A stretch of DNA of 36,719 bases from a candidate division WOR-3 bacterium (GCA_965649215.1 CBFGJZ010000002.1:66407-103125), one strand, 5' to 3'. Counted from the stretch's first letter, positions 8,018-18,238 are shown. Made by a program: numbers and translations. The notes: generated from the sequence alone by a model not told the origin.

Positions 8018-9298
8018 TTACATATCAAAATAATAGACAAACTCGAGTGGATGTGGTGTGTATTGGATTTCTTGATTTTCTTTGAGTTTATTCTGATACC
8101 AAAATTCAATTAAATCTTGGGGGAAGATTTTATCACATGTCAAGTATTCTGAATCTTTTTTGAGTTCTTCCACTGCATTTTGTAATGATGTTGGTAGATA
8201 ACCCTTTTTGAGTTTGCCTTTATGTCGAATACCATCCAGACCTGCTAAAAGTAATGCGGCTAAAGCTAAATAAGGATTACAAGTTGCATCGCCAACTCGA
8301 TATTCAATGGGTAGACGATCTTTAGCATAACCAGGAATTCGAATTGCAGAGGTACGATCGGCAACACCCATAGACGCATCTTTAGCGGTTTCAAAACCGC
8401 CAGTTAACCGTTTATATGAGTTGGTCGTAGGATTAGTAAATGCGGCTAAACTGGCAAGATGGGATAAAATACCTGCCACATAGTATTCACCAATTTGTGA
8501 TAATTCTTCTTTATTACCCTTAAAGATTGAATGACCATCTTTTTCAATGATATGGTGATAATGCATACCAGAACCATGACGATTTTTTATTGGTTTGGGC
8601 ATAAAGGTTACATATTTCCCGTGTGTACGAAAGTAGTTTTTTATTATATATTTGGCAATGATAATGTTATCCGCGGTCTCAGCCGCATCTTGAAAAGTGG
8701 TTTCGATTTCCATCTGCCCGAACTCACCGCCTTCGTGGTGATGATATTTGACATCAATACCACATTGTTGAAGTAATTTAACTAAACGATTACGATGTTC
8801 GGCATAAAGATCGTGGGGCGGGGCAGAATGATAAGAACCAGTTAAAGCGGCTTCTTTTTCGTCGGACTCGACAGTGACCGTAAGTTTAGTGTTAGTTTGG
8901 GTTATTTCAAATTGGGAAAAGACATAAAATTCGAGTTCGGCTAAAAATAAGATGTGATCAACCTTTAATTCTTTTTTTACTAAATCGATTGCTTTTTCTA
9001 AAATATATCTCGGCTCACGTTCGTAACGGGTTTTGCGGTCGTTGTAGTAGATACGAGCAAAGATTGAAAGGGTCGAGTCAGTATAAAATGGATCAACGAA
9101 TGAATGGGCTTGATGCGGAATTAAAACCATATCACTCTTTTCGGTTTTCTTAAAGCCTTTTAGTGAAGAACTGTCAAAACCAATACCAACTGTCTTTGCA
9201 ATTTCGTATTTATGATATGGGAAAGTTACATGTCTTAATTTGCCGAGAATATCAACATATTTAAGGTCAATAAACTCATAAGGTTTTTGTTTTGGCAT
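8018..9298 (-). CDS. glnA: glutamine synthetase type I (shortened)
   Basis: FDSSS, ELEF, HHHEG..GQME, TFMPKP, GSGMH, NPTTNSYKRL, SAIRIP, IEYR, CNPYLA, PHPLEF. Confidence 0.9.
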   Translation of the reverse strand: MPKQKPYEFIDLKYVDILGKLRHVTFPYHKYEIAKTVGIGFDSSSLKGFKKTEKSDMVLIPHQAHSFVDPFYTDSTLSIFARIYYNDRKTRYEREPRYILEKAIDLVKKELKVDHILFLAELEFYVFSQFEITQTNTKLTVTVESDEKEAALTGSYHSAPPHDLYAEHRNRLVKLLQQCGIDVKYHHHEGGEFGQMEIETTFQDAAETADNIIIAKYIIKNYFRTHGKYVTFMPKPIKNRHGSGMHYHHIIEKDGHSIFKGNKEELSQIGEYYVAGILSHLASLAAFTNPTTNSYKRLTGGFETAKDASMGVADRTSAIRIPGYAKDRLPIEYRVGDATCNPYLALAALLLAGLDGIRHKGKLKKGYLPTSLQNAVEELKKDSEYLTCDKIFPQDLIEFWYQNKLKENQEIQYTPHPLEFVYYFDM

Positions 9299-9306
9299 AG
9301 AAGAAC

Positions 9307-9335
9307 ATTATCATATAGTATTTATAAAAAGTCAA
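9307..9335 (-). promoter_or_regulatory. glnA promoter
   Basis: TTGACT-N17-GATAAT, 8 nt before the ATG; -35 overlaps the upstream terminator stem. Confidence 0.65.
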
Positions 9336-9355
9336 GCCCCCAACAGGGGGCTTGA
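9326..9355 (-). terminator. intrinsic terminator of the OMP gene
   Basis: TCAAGCCCCC-TGTT-GGGGGCTTGA followed by CTTTTT on the minus strand. Confidence 0.85.
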
Positions 9356-9380
9356 TTGTAATATATGTGGTGTTTACTTA

Positions 9381-9857
9381 TTATTTTATGCGGATGCCGC
9401 CTTTTAGGGTGACCGCATTGTGTAAGTCAGATCGATTTGAGTCATATAAATCAAGAATTGCTTCGACAAAGGGATAAAAGCGTGCTTCGTTGAGTTTAAA
9501 TTCGAGTCCGCCGCCAGCTCTTAAAGCCCACTCCGTATAACCACCACCAGTGGAAAAGTTAATACCACCTATTGCATACGGATTAAATGTTTCCGATGGG
9601 AAAAACATTAAAAGGTCAACTGGTGTTAGAGTTCCGGCGTCAATGTATATATCTCCGCCTTCAAAGCATATCTTGGCGATTTGTCCGCGAATATACAAAT
9701 TATTAATGACTTTAACCAGAGCGCTGCCATTGATAAAAAGATGATTATTGTTGCTCTGCAAAACAAATCCAGCACCAGCTTCAACGCCCACTGGCCAATC
9801 CGCATAACTTAATGAAATAACACTGAGTAATGTTAATACTACTAATATCCTTTTCAT
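9381..9857 (-). CDS. small outer-membrane beta-barrel protein (about 8 strands)
   Basis: Signal peptide ending SYA, alternating amphipathic strands, FNPYAIGG, AGGGLEF, terminal LKGGIRIK; SD AAGGAGG. Confidence 0.75.
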   Translation of the reverse strand: MKRILVVLTLLSVISLSYADWPVGVEAGAGFVLQSNNNHLFINGSALVKVINNLYIRGQIAKICFEGGDIYIDAGTLTPVDLLMFFPSETFNPYAIGGINFSTGGGYTEWALRAGGGLEFKLNEARFYPFVEAILDLYDSNRSDLHNAVTLKGGIRIK

Positions 9858-9931
9858 GTTTCCTCCTTCTACTTAGATTACTTTCAGTATTTTTTTATAA
9901 TTTCCATCACCAACTTTCTCTTAACAATTGC

Positions 9932-9960
9932 ATTATGATTAGAAATATTCTTTTTGTCAA
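9932..9960 (-). promoter_or_regulatory. OMP gene promoter
   Basis: TTGACA-N17-CATAAT. Confidence 0.65.
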
Positions 9961-9986
9961 GATTTTTTTTGTAATTGTAGTTAATC

Positions 9987-10014
9987 TTGACTTATTGATT
10001 GAAAGAGGTATAAT
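9987..10014 (+). promoter_or_regulatory. C25 peptidase promoter
   Basis: TTGACT-N16-TATAAT. Confidence 0.75.
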
Positions 10015-10075
10015 TTTTTATTATTAAGGGTTTTATTTTTTTAGCTATTAAAGAAAAATCCTCGAGGGGGATTCA

Positions 10076-13000
10076 ATGAAAAAATATATTTGTTTTTTGT
10101 TGTTTATCATATCAATATCATTTGCAGGTAGCATTACACAAACTTTTAATTTTCAAGAAACCGATTTATCTTTTAGTACTTATCAAGATTATGTAATACC
10201 GCATTTAGCTAATGTGGGATATAATCACGAAGTTGGCAATCCTTATCTACCGATGGGAGTGTATTATGTGTTAGTGCCAAACGATGCAGAGGTGACATCA
10301 ATTACTATTGAAAATATTACAAGCAAAGAGATTGCTGGCGAATATAATGTAATGCCTACTCCCCAGTCTCAACCACTTTCGTTAATAAAACAAGCGATTG
10401 TTGAAGCGAATCCTATTATCTATGCACAAAACACCCCTTATCCATCGGAATTAGTTAAATATTATTCAACAACAACCAAGAGCGGTTATCGGCTTGCAGG
10501 ATTTGTCTTATATCCGTTAAGTTATATCCCAACCGAAAAAAAACTGATTTTACATACAACCATCACCGTGAAGATAAATTATGAGCAAGGTAAAGTATCA
10601 CCGATAAACTTAACCACCCGTCAAAGAGAAGTTTTTGAAAAAGAGATACGGTCAATTGTGCTTAATCCACAAGATATAAGGAGATTTGCACCATCGTTAC
10701 ATCATCCTGACAATGAATGTAATTATTTAATTATTACTACAGAACCATATGTAGCCAACTTCCAACCTTTAGCTGAATGGCGTAGTCAAATGGGTTGGCG
10801 AACCGAAATTGTGACTGTGAATAGTCTCACGGCGACTTATCCTGGTCGAGATGTTCAAGAGAAAATTCGCAACGGGATTATTAATTATTTTCAAAATCGG
10901 GGATTAATTTTTGTCATTCTCGGTGGGGATACACCACTTCTGCCACCAAGAATTGCACGCGTCGTGGCAAGTAGTTATACAGGCAATATTCCGTGTGATT
11001 TATATTTTTCTGATTTGGATGGTACTTGGGATGCTAATGGTAATAGTATTTTTGGCGAGGTGCCAGGCGATCAAGTTGATATGAATCCAGATATTTATGT
11101 TGGCCGAGCATCAATTGATAATGAGACTGAAGCTAATACATTTGTGAACAAGATTTTATTTTATGAAAAAACACCGAGTACGGACTATTTAAAAAGAATT
11201 CTTTTACCATCAGTAATGTTATTTTCTCAATATAATTATCACGGGCGAGTCGTAAATGATTCGATTGCTTTAATCACACCACTTACTTGGACTGACCGCC
11301 ATTTAATTGATCCCCCGAGCACAACACCAATGCGAGAATCATTAAACAGCGGTTTTCATTTCTGTCATCCGGCTGCCCATGGTAGTGAAGTTGGTTATTA
11401 TACTCAATCGAGTCAAGCTATTTATTTAACAAGTGATGCTTATGCCCAGACTAACAGTAGCCGATTATACATACTAAACTCGATTGCTTGTAATTCAGGT
11501 GATTTTGGATATTCTAGCGAATGTTTAGCAGAAGCGATGATGAATAATCCAAATGGGGGTGCAGTGGCAACAATACAGAATTCTCGTTATGGCTGGGGAA
11601 GTCCGCCTGGATTAGGCCCCTCTGAAGCAATTGATGTTAGATTTTATGACTTTCTGTTTAATCGGGACTCTTTTGTAATTGGTGTTGCTCACGCACGGAG
11701 TAAAGCATTATTTACTGCCCAAGCTAACGCTGACCCAGTTACTCGTTGGTGTGTTTACGAGTTAAATCTGTTTGGCGACCCAGCAATGCCAATGTGGACT
11801 GATGTTCCGCAACAGATAACTGCTCAATTTCCTCAGGTTGTACCATTAGGACCAACTAATTTATCAATTCAAGTTTCCCGCATATTGGGTGGTCCAGTTA
11901 GCCGCGCTTTGGTTTCTGTTCAAAAAGGTAGTGAAGTGTTTGCCCGGGGTTATACAGATAATAACGGATTTGTTAATCTTTTAATTCAACCAATGACACC
12001 AGGTCGTTTATATATTACTATTACCGCGCATAATTGTTATCCTTATCAAGATAGTGCTATGGTTCAGTCCAATGGTGCTTATGTTACTTATCTTCGCGCT
12101 TTTATGAATGATAGCGCGCGCGGTAATGGTGATGGTATTCCTAATCCAGGAGAAGGCATTAATATGCAGACCTGGGTTAAAAACTGGGGTACTTTGACTG
12201 CCTTAAATGTAATTGGTCATTTACGAACAAATCACACTGCTTTGCAAATTTCCGATTCAATCAAATCTTTTGGAACGATTTTAGCAAATGATTCTGCTTA
12301 TACGGGCATTAATGGTTTTGAGTTTACAATTGCACCAACTTGTACTAACGGACAGAATTTAATGATGCAACTTTATTGTCATGATGCCTTGGATTCAAGT
12401 TGGATTTCAAATGTGTTTGTCCGAGTTGGGACCCCGGTTTTAACTTTTCATAGTAAATCAATTTATGACCCACCACCAGCTAATAATAATAGCCGACTTG
12501 ATCCCGGCGAAATTGCTGATTTAATTGTAACTCTACGCAATCAAGGATATGGTAATGGTTACAATGTAATGGGATATTTAAGAAGTTATGATAGTCGATT
12601 AGTGGTATTGGATTCGGTAGGACAGTTTGGCACAATTATGTTTGAGACAACTGGAATGAACGCAACAGACCGATTTACTTTACAAGCTGCATCAACGATT
12701 ACACCGGGCACTCAGATCTTATGTTCCTTAAGAGTTTGCGCAGATGGTAATTATGAAAAGACAGTTGGTTTTACAATTAATGTCGGTGAGTTTCGAACTA
12801 TTGATCCGATTCCTGATGGACCACGAACACCAGTGCGATATTGGGCATATGATGATATTGACTCACTTTATAGCCAAAGACCAGTTTATAATTGGGTCGA
12901 AATAAAGAATATTGGTACGCGGATCACTTATACTCATAATGATCAGGTAAGAAAAGTACCATTACCAGCAGGCTTTACTTTGCGTTATTATGGTCAACGG

Positions 13001-13789
13001 TATGATACAATTAGTGTTAGTGTTGATGGGTTTATTCGATTGGGAGCGGATACAACCAGAGATTATACAAACAGCGGTATTCCTGATCCTGATGGTCCAG
13101 CACCGATGATTGCAGTAAAATGGGATGATTTTCGAGAATCAGCGACAGGTGGTTCGGGTGCAATCTACTATTATCATAATCAGTTAAATAATACCTTCAT
13201 TGTTGAATGGGACAGTGTCTCTTATTATAATGCGACAACCACAAGAGATAAGTTTCAAATTATTTTCTATGATTCTACTTATACAACTCCAACTGGTGAT
13301 AATATCTTTATCTTGCAGTATATGACTGCTAACCTAAACAATAGTTGTACAGTTGGTATTGAGGATCCTACTGAAACGATCGGTATTCAGTATGTATTTG
13401 ATGGTGTGTATCATCCTGCTGCAGCCGGATTAGTGAACAATCGAGCGATTAAATTCACAACCATTGATGCGATCAATAGTATCGTCGAAAATCATGTTGA
13501 GAAGATTGGACAAGCTCAACTCTTCTTTACTAATACACCAAATCCTTTCCAACAACAGACCTATATTAACTACACAATAAATAAACCCGCACAGGTTACT
13601 CTGGAAATTTTCGATGCGTGTGGTCGAGTAATTAGAACCTTAGTGAATGGTTTACAAGAGGCTGGTAATTATTATCTTAGTTGGAATGGTCACGATGAGC
13701 ATAACAATAAGGTAGCTCAAGGTGTTTATTTCTGTCGTCTTAAAACTGATGATAATACTATTATTCGCAAGTTCACAATTATTAAATAA
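10076..13789 (+). CDS. gingipain-like C25 cysteine peptidase with propeptide, tandem beta domains and T9SS/FlgD-Ig CTD
   Basis: Signal peptide; YLIIT, FVILGGD, IPCDLYFSDLDGTW, DIYVGR, AAHG (His) and SIACNSG (Cys) dyad, LNLFGDP; repeats GNGDGIPNPGE / NNNSRLDPGE; CTD PNPF..WNG..GVYFCRL. Confidence 0.92.
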   Translation: MKKYICFLLFIISISFAGSITQTFNFQETDLSFSTYQDYVIPHLANVGYNHEVGNPYLPMGVYYVLVPNDAEVTSITIENITSKEIAGEYNVMPTPQSQPLSLIKQAIVEANPIIYAQNTPYPSELVKYYSTTTKSGYRLAGFVLYPLSYIPTEKKLILHTTITVKINYEQGKVSPINLTTRQREVFEKEIRSIVLNPQDIRRFAPSLHHPDNECNYLIITTEPYVANFQPLAEWRSQMGWRTEIVTVNSLTATYPGRDVQEKIRNGIINYFQNRGLIFVILGGDTPLLPPRIARVVASSYTGNIPCDLYFSDLDGTWDANGNSIFGEVPGDQVDMNPDIYVGRASIDNETEANTFVNKILFYEKTPSTDYLKRILLPSVMLFSQYNYHGRVVNDSIALITPLTWTDRHLIDPPSTTPMRESLNSGFHFCHPAAHGSEVGYYTQSSQAIYLTSDAYAQTNSSRLYILNSIACNSGDFGYSSECLAEAMMNNPNGGAVATIQNSRYGWGSPPGLGPSEAIDVRFYDFLFNRDSFVIGVAHARSKALFTAQANADPVTRWCVYELNLFGDPAMPMWTDVPQQITAQFPQVVPLGPTNLSIQVSRILGGPVSRALVSVQKGSEVFARGYTDNNGFVNLLIQPMTPGRLYITITAHNCYPYQDSAMVQSNGAYVTYLRAFMNDSARGNGDGIPNPGEGINMQTWVKNWGTLTALNVIGHLRTNHTALQISDSIKSFGTILANDSAYTGINGFEFTIAPTCTNGQNLMMQLYCHDALDSSWISNVFVRVGTPVLTFHSKSIYDPPPANNNSRLDPGEIADLIVTLRNQGYGNGYNVMGYLRSYDSRLVVLDSVGQFGTIMFETTGMNATDRFTLQAASTITPGTQILCSLRVCADGNYEKTVGFTINVGEFRTIDPIPDGPRTPVRYWAYDDIDSLYSQRPVYNWVEIKNIGTRITYTHNDQVRKVPLPAGFTLRYYGQRYDTISVSVDGFIRLGADTTRDYTNSGIPDPDGPAPMIAVKWDDFRESATGGSGAIYYYHNQLNNTFIVEWDSVSYYNATTTRDKFQIIFYDSTYTTPTGDNIFILQYMTANLNNSCTVGIEDPTETIGIQYVFDGVYHPAAAGLVNNRAIKFTTIDAINSIVENHVEKIGQAQLFFTNTPNPFQQQTYINYTINKPAQVTLEIFDACGRVIRTLVNGLQEAGNYYLSWNGHDEHNNKVAQGVYFCRLKTDDNTIIRKFTIIK

Positions 13790-13795
13790 AAAAAT

Positions 13796-13825
13796 AAAAG
13801 GGAGCTTTTTAGAGCTCCCTTTTTT
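13796..13825. terminator. bidirectional intrinsic terminator
   Basis: AAAAGGGAGCT-TTTTAG-AGCTCCCTTTT between convergent genes. Confidence 0.9.
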
Positions 13826-13842
13826 ATAATTAGTCTGTTTTG

Positions 13843-15066
13843 TTATTTTTCTAATAGGTTTTTAATGCGTCGAATTGCTTCGTTAATGTTTTCAATTGAA
13901 TTGGCATACGAGAAACGAAGATAGCCTTCACCATAAGAGCCAAAACAAGTTCCTGAAAGACATGCCACTCCAGCTTCGTGTAAGATTTTGTTTGCAAGTT
14001 CCCGGCAGTCATAACCAGTTTTGCGAATGTTTGCAAACGCATAAAATGCTCCATCTGGCTTACGACAACTAAAGCCCTTTATTGAGTTTAAACCATCCAC
14101 AATAACATCGCGTCGTCTATGAAATTCTTGCACCATTTTATTGGGTGCCTCTTGACTTCCTGCCAATGCTTCAATACAAGCAATTTGTACAAAAGTAGTT
14201 GTACAAGAACTAATATTAGTATGGACACGGGATAATTCTTGAGCTAATTCAGGATGCATAATTCCATAACCAGCACGCCAACCAGTCATGGCGTATATTT
14301 TAGAATAACCATCAAGGATTATAAGACGATCTTTATTGGCTAAAAATTTGCCGATGGTTTCAAATTTTACACCATAAGTAATCCGAGAATAGATTTCGTC
14401 GGTGAGTACCCATAAGTTTTCATATGGTTCAAGAATTTTTGCCATCTCTTTTAAATAGTCAGCGCTAAAGACGCAACCACATGGATTATGGGGCGTATTG
14501 ATAATAAGCATCCGAGTTTTCTTGTTGAGCTTCTTTTTTAAGTAATCTAAATCAGGCATAAAGTTATTTTCTTCTAAGAGTGGCAAAGGGATTGGTTTGC
14601 CACCCATAAAGTTAATCATCGATTCATAAATTGGATAACCAGGATTGACATAGATTACTTCGTCGCCATCATCCACTAATGCCATAATAGCAAAAGACAT
14701 AATTGGCTTTGCTCCTGGAGTGACGACTACTTGTTCAGGTGTAAACTTCATGCCGCGGAATTCACCAGCTTTTTCAGCAATGACTTTGCGGAGTTCTGGT
14801 AAACCTTGTGCAGGACCATAATGAGTATATCCTTGATCAAGCGCTTTTTTACAAGCATCCTTGATATTTTGAGGGGTATCAAAATCAGGTTCGCCAATTT
14901 CTAAATGGATTATGCTTTTACCTTGGGCTTCTAAATTACGAGCTTTGACAAGCATATCAAAGGCAGTTTCTGTACCCATGCGTTTCATACGAGGTGATTC
15001 TGGCAAGCCACAAGCTAAAGTACAGCTTTGAATTTTTTTCATTCTTTTTGATTTTTTTATTGGCAT
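13843..15066 (-). CDS. PLP-dependent class I/II aminotransferase (aspartate aminotransferase-like)
   Basis: IGEPDFDTP, TPGAK, NTPHNPCG, DEIY, GYSKIYAMTGWRAG (PLP Lys), GAFY, YLRFSYA; SD AAGGAG. Confidence 0.93.
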   Translation of the reverse strand: MPIKKSKRMKKIQSCTLACGLPESPRMKRMGTETAFDMLVKARNLEAQGKSIIHLEIGEPDFDTPQNIKDACKKALDQGYTHYGPAQGLPELRKVIAEKAGEFRGMKFTPEQVVVTPGAKPIMSFAIMALVDDGDEVIYVNPGYPIYESMINFMGGKPIPLPLLEENNFMPDLDYLKKKLNKKTRMLIINTPHNPCGCVFSADYLKEMAKILEPYENLWVLTDEIYSRITYGVKFETIGKFLANKDRLIILDGYSKIYAMTGWRAGYGIMHPELAQELSRVHTNISSCTTTFVQIACIEALAGSQEAPNKMVQEFHRRRDVIVDGLNSIKGFSCRKPDGAFYAFANIRKTGYDCRELANKILHEAGVACLSGTCFGSYGEGYLRFSYANSIENINEAIRRIKNLLEK

Positions 15067-15134
15067 AAGACTCCTTTATTAAATAATACAATGAAAACTA
15101 AGACAATTAGTTTTAAAATCTAAAGTGTGATTTC

Positions 15135-17153
15135 TCATAGCATCTTTATAGTATCGTATACTTGTTTAGCTTTTTGGGCTATATGTTCGCCGGAGACTTC
15201 AAATTCCCACATTAATTCCCAGGGGGCACCACTTTCGCCAAAACGGTCTTGGACCCCGATCATACCAAGCATGATTTTTTTGCCAACCAGTTCTTTACTT
15301 TGCATTATGACACCGGCAACTTGATTGCCTAACGCACCCACTTGATGTTCCTCTGCTGTAATAATAACATTGGTATCCTTAGCACACCGGATAATTGTTT
15401 TTTTATCGAGTGGTTTTAAGGTATGCATATTTACAACTCGGGTTTCTAAGTTATATTCTCTTTTTAAAATCCATGCTGCACGCATTGCTTCAGGGACTTC
15501 AGGACCGCAGGCAATGATTGTGAGATCTTCGTTTTCAGAGTGATAATCTGTTGCTAAATAAACATCAAATGCGTCAATAAAGTTTTCTTTTTCGACTCGG
15601 AATCGGTAGATATTTGCAACACCCCATTGATATGGTGTTTTTTCATTAGTTACAATCGGAGTTGCTTCTCGGGCAAAGCGGATGTATTTTGGTCCTTTGA
15701 TATTAAAGAGCAGATGTTCAGTGGCTCGTTTGGTTTCTAAAGCATCACAAGGTACTGAGACATGCATATTGGGCAGTCCACAAATCTGGAATAAATCTTC
15801 TAAAGTTTGATGAGTTGCGCCATCCGGTCCCACTGAAACACCGCCATGGGCACCAGCAATTAAAACATTAAAATTACCATAACAAACTGTGGTTCGGAGT
15901 TGGTCAAGATTACGGCCTGAGGCAAAAACACCGTAAGTGCCAAAGACAGGGATTTTACCTTCTTTAGCTAAACCAGCAGCTAAGGCAGTTGCTGATTGTT
16001 CAGCAATCCCTGCAGAAATCCAACGATGTTTGCGTTCGGGATGTTTTTCGTAGAAATGGCTGATTGTAATCGAACCAGAAATATCAGCACCGATACAGAC
16101 AACTCTTTCATCATCGCCGCGTTCTTCTAGTGCTTTGCCAAACCCAAATCGAGTGGGTTCCATTTTAACTTTCATATTCGTTTGGCGGTTCCAAAAATAA
16201 TCTCTACTGAATTTAGGGATTTTTTTGCTAAGTTGTAAATCAACCTGTTTTTGATAGTCATTTGCGCGTTTGAGTAGTTTTTCATAATCTAATTTATCAA
16301 TTAAGCCGAGTTCCGTGAGACCCTTAATCATTTCTTCTTTGTTTGGGGCTTTACCATGCCAAGCGGCAACATTTTCCATAAAACTGACGCCCTTGCCTTT
16401 AACACAGTGGGCAATAATTGCAGTTGGTTTACCTTTAATTTGTTTTGCTTTTTCTAAAGCAGCTAATATCTCCTCCATTTTATGGCCGTCGCATTCAAGC
16501 ACATGCCACTTGAAGGCTTCTAATTTTTCTCTTAAAGGATCAATATCTTGTACATCTTTTACCCAACCATCAATCTGTAATCGGTTCTTATCAATGATTG
16601 AGCAGAGATTATCCAGTTGCCAGTTTCCTGCTTCCATCATTGCTTCCCAAATTTGTCCTTCTTGTAATTCACCATCACCGTTGAAAACATAGACGCGGTA
16701 GTTTTTCTTATCCAATTTTGCAGCCATTGCGATACCAACCCCAATTGAGAGACCTTGTCCTAAAGAACCAGTAGAGGCCTCAACACCAGGTAGTTTTAAC
16801 CAATGGGGATGTCCTTGATAAGGAGAGTAAAGTTTTCTTAATCTTACGACATCTTCAATATCATAAAAACCAGCCGCACCAAGTCCTAAATACAGATTTG
16901 GTGCTTTGTGTCCGGTTGACCAGATTATACGATCACGATCTTCCCAAAATGGATTTTCGGGGTCTAAATTGGCAACTTTGAGATATAAAGCAGCGGTAAA
17001 ATCCATCATTGACAAGGTACCACCACTGTGACCAGAGCCAGCTGCACAGAGCGCGATTAAGTTGTAACCACGCATTAAATTAGCCCAGTGTTTAAGTTCT
17101 TCAATTGAGTAATCTTTTCTAATCTTACCTGTTTTGGAATCAATTAATGCCAT
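15135..17153 (-). CDS. tkt: transketolase (single chain)
   Basis: GSGHSGG, DRDRIIWSTGH, YQGHP, TGSLGQG, GDGELQEG TPP motif, GIAEQ, GPDGATHQ. Confidence 0.93.
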   Translation of the reverse strand: MALIDSKTGKIRKDYSIEELKHWANLMRGYNLIALCAAGSGHSGGTLSMMDFTAALYLKVANLDPENPFWEDRDRIIWSTGHKAPNLYLGLGAAGFYDIEDVVRLRKLYSPYQGHPHWLKLPGVEASTGSLGQGLSIGVGIAMAAKLDKKNYRVYVFNGDGELQEGQIWEAMMEAGNWQLDNLCSIIDKNRLQIDGWVKDVQDIDPLREKLEAFKWHVLECDGHKMEEILAALEKAKQIKGKPTAIIAHCVKGKGVSFMENVAAWHGKAPNKEEMIKGLTELGLIDKLDYEKLLKRANDYQKQVDLQLSKKIPKFSRDYFWNRQTNMKVKMEPTRFGFGKALEERGDDERVVCIGADISGSITISHFYEKHPERKHRWISAGIAEQSATALAAGLAKEGKIPVFGTYGVFASGRNLDQLRTTVCYGNFNVLIAGAHGGVSVGPDGATHQTLEDLFQICGLPNMHVSVPCDALETKRATEHLLFNIKGPKYIRFAREATPIVTNEKTPYQWGVANIYRFRVEKENFIDAFDVYLATDYHSENEDLTIIACGPEVPEAMRAAWILKREYNLETRVVNMHTLKPLDKKTIIRCAKDTNVIITAEEHQVGALGNQVAGVIMQSKELVGKKIMLGMIGVQDRFGESGAPWELMWEFEVSGEHIAQKAKQVYDTIKML

Positions 17154-17234
17154 TCCTCCTCCATCTTAAAAGCGAGTTGATAGTAGTGAAGATATCGGTT
17201 TGTATTTTCCGCATAGCTCACTACTTGATACTCT

Positions 17235-17885
17235 TTACTTTTTCGGGATTTTTTGATAGTCTTCAAAAAATTTCTTAATACCGATATCGGTTAAGGGATG
17301 ATTAATCATTTGTTTTAAGACACTAAAAGGAACGGTTGCGATGTGGGCACCCATGCGCGCCGACTCGACAACATGTAGGGGATTACGAACACTGGCGACA
17401 ATAACTTCAGTAGCAAAACCGTAGTTATAGAGTATTTGAACTACATCACCGACAATCTCCATACCAAAATGTGAGATATCATCTAAGCGGCCGACAAAAG
17501 GACTGATAAAAGTAGCACCAGCCTTAGCCGCTAAAAGGGCTTGATTCGGACTGAAGACTAAAGTGACATTGGTCTTTATGTTTTTTTCGCTTAAGATTTT
17601 TACGGCTTTTAAGCCTTCAATGCCCATCGGTATTTTAATCGTGATGTTTTTCGGATTTATTTTTGCCCATGCTTCTGCTTCTTTAACCATTTCCTGCGCT
17701 TCGGTTGAGATTATCTCAACCGAAATTGGTCCATCTACGATTTGACATATTTCGCTAACGCATTCTTTAATTTCACGACCAGTTTTTGCAACTAAAGTTG
17801 GATTAGTCGTAACACCATCAAGAATGCCCCAACTTGCGACTTCTTTAATTTCTTTGACATCAGCTGAATCAATAAAGATTTTCAT
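17235..17885 (-). CDS. tal: transaldolase (TalC/FSA family); start revised to 17885
   Basis: [20 protein letters not shown] (Glu), IKIP (Schiff-base Lys), SPFVGR with Phe rather than the Tyr of FSA; SD AGGAGG before ATG 17885. Confidence 0.92.
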   Translation of the reverse strand: MKIFIDSADVKEIKEVASWGILDGVTTNPTLVAKTGREIKECVSEICQIVDGPISVEIISTEAQEMVKEAEAWAKINPKNITIKIPMGIEGLKAVKILSEKNIKTNVTLVFSPNQALLAAKAGATFISPFVGRLDDISHFGMEIVGDVVQILYNYGFATEVIVASVRNPLHVVESARMGAHIATVPFSVLKQMINHPLTDIGIKKFFEDYQKIPKK

Positions 17886-18092
17886 TATGCCTCCTAAAAA
17901 GTCGTGAGCACTAAGCAAAGATATGTTTGATAATGCTCACACCTTGTTGTTAATAAATAAAAAAAGTTTATGGTTATATTCATTTTATATTCAAAAAGTT
18001 ATGATTTTAATTATTGATTGTTATCGGTAAACAAAACTTAATGCGATTAAAAAAGTATAGTACGAACGTTGCCCTGATAACCATGAATTGAT

Positions 18093-18120
18093 ATTATACT
18101 GAAAATTATTAGTTTGTAAA
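18093..18120 (-). promoter_or_regulatory. tal-tkt operon promoter
   Basis: TTTACA-N16-TATAAT, implying a ~200-nt leader. Confidence 0.6.
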
Positions 18121-18202
18121 GGGGCAGTGAGATTTTAAATAAAAGTAAGAGTGCGTATAGAAAATATGAAATATTTATATGCTATGAGTGTATGATGAAT
18201 AG

Positions 18203-18230
18203 TTGACATTTTAAAAAATCTGAGTATTAT
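18203..18230 (+). promoter_or_regulatory. ppiD/surA-like gene promoter
   Basis: TTGACA-N16-TATTAT, 8 nt before the ATG, no SD. Confidence 0.7.
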
Positions 18231-18238
18231 ATTTAACT

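Noticed and set aside
7852-8085. 77-aa + strand ORF
   Set aside because: No SD or clear promoter, overlaps the glnA 3' end, no recognisable motif
15135-17153. DXP synthase or a novel fusion
   Set aside because: Motifs and adjacency to tal fit transketolase; fused N- and C-terminal halves are common
17235-17918. Fructose-6-phosphate aldolase, and the start at 17918
   Set aside because: Glu in PISVE and Phe in SPFVGR indicate transaldolase; the SD supports 17885
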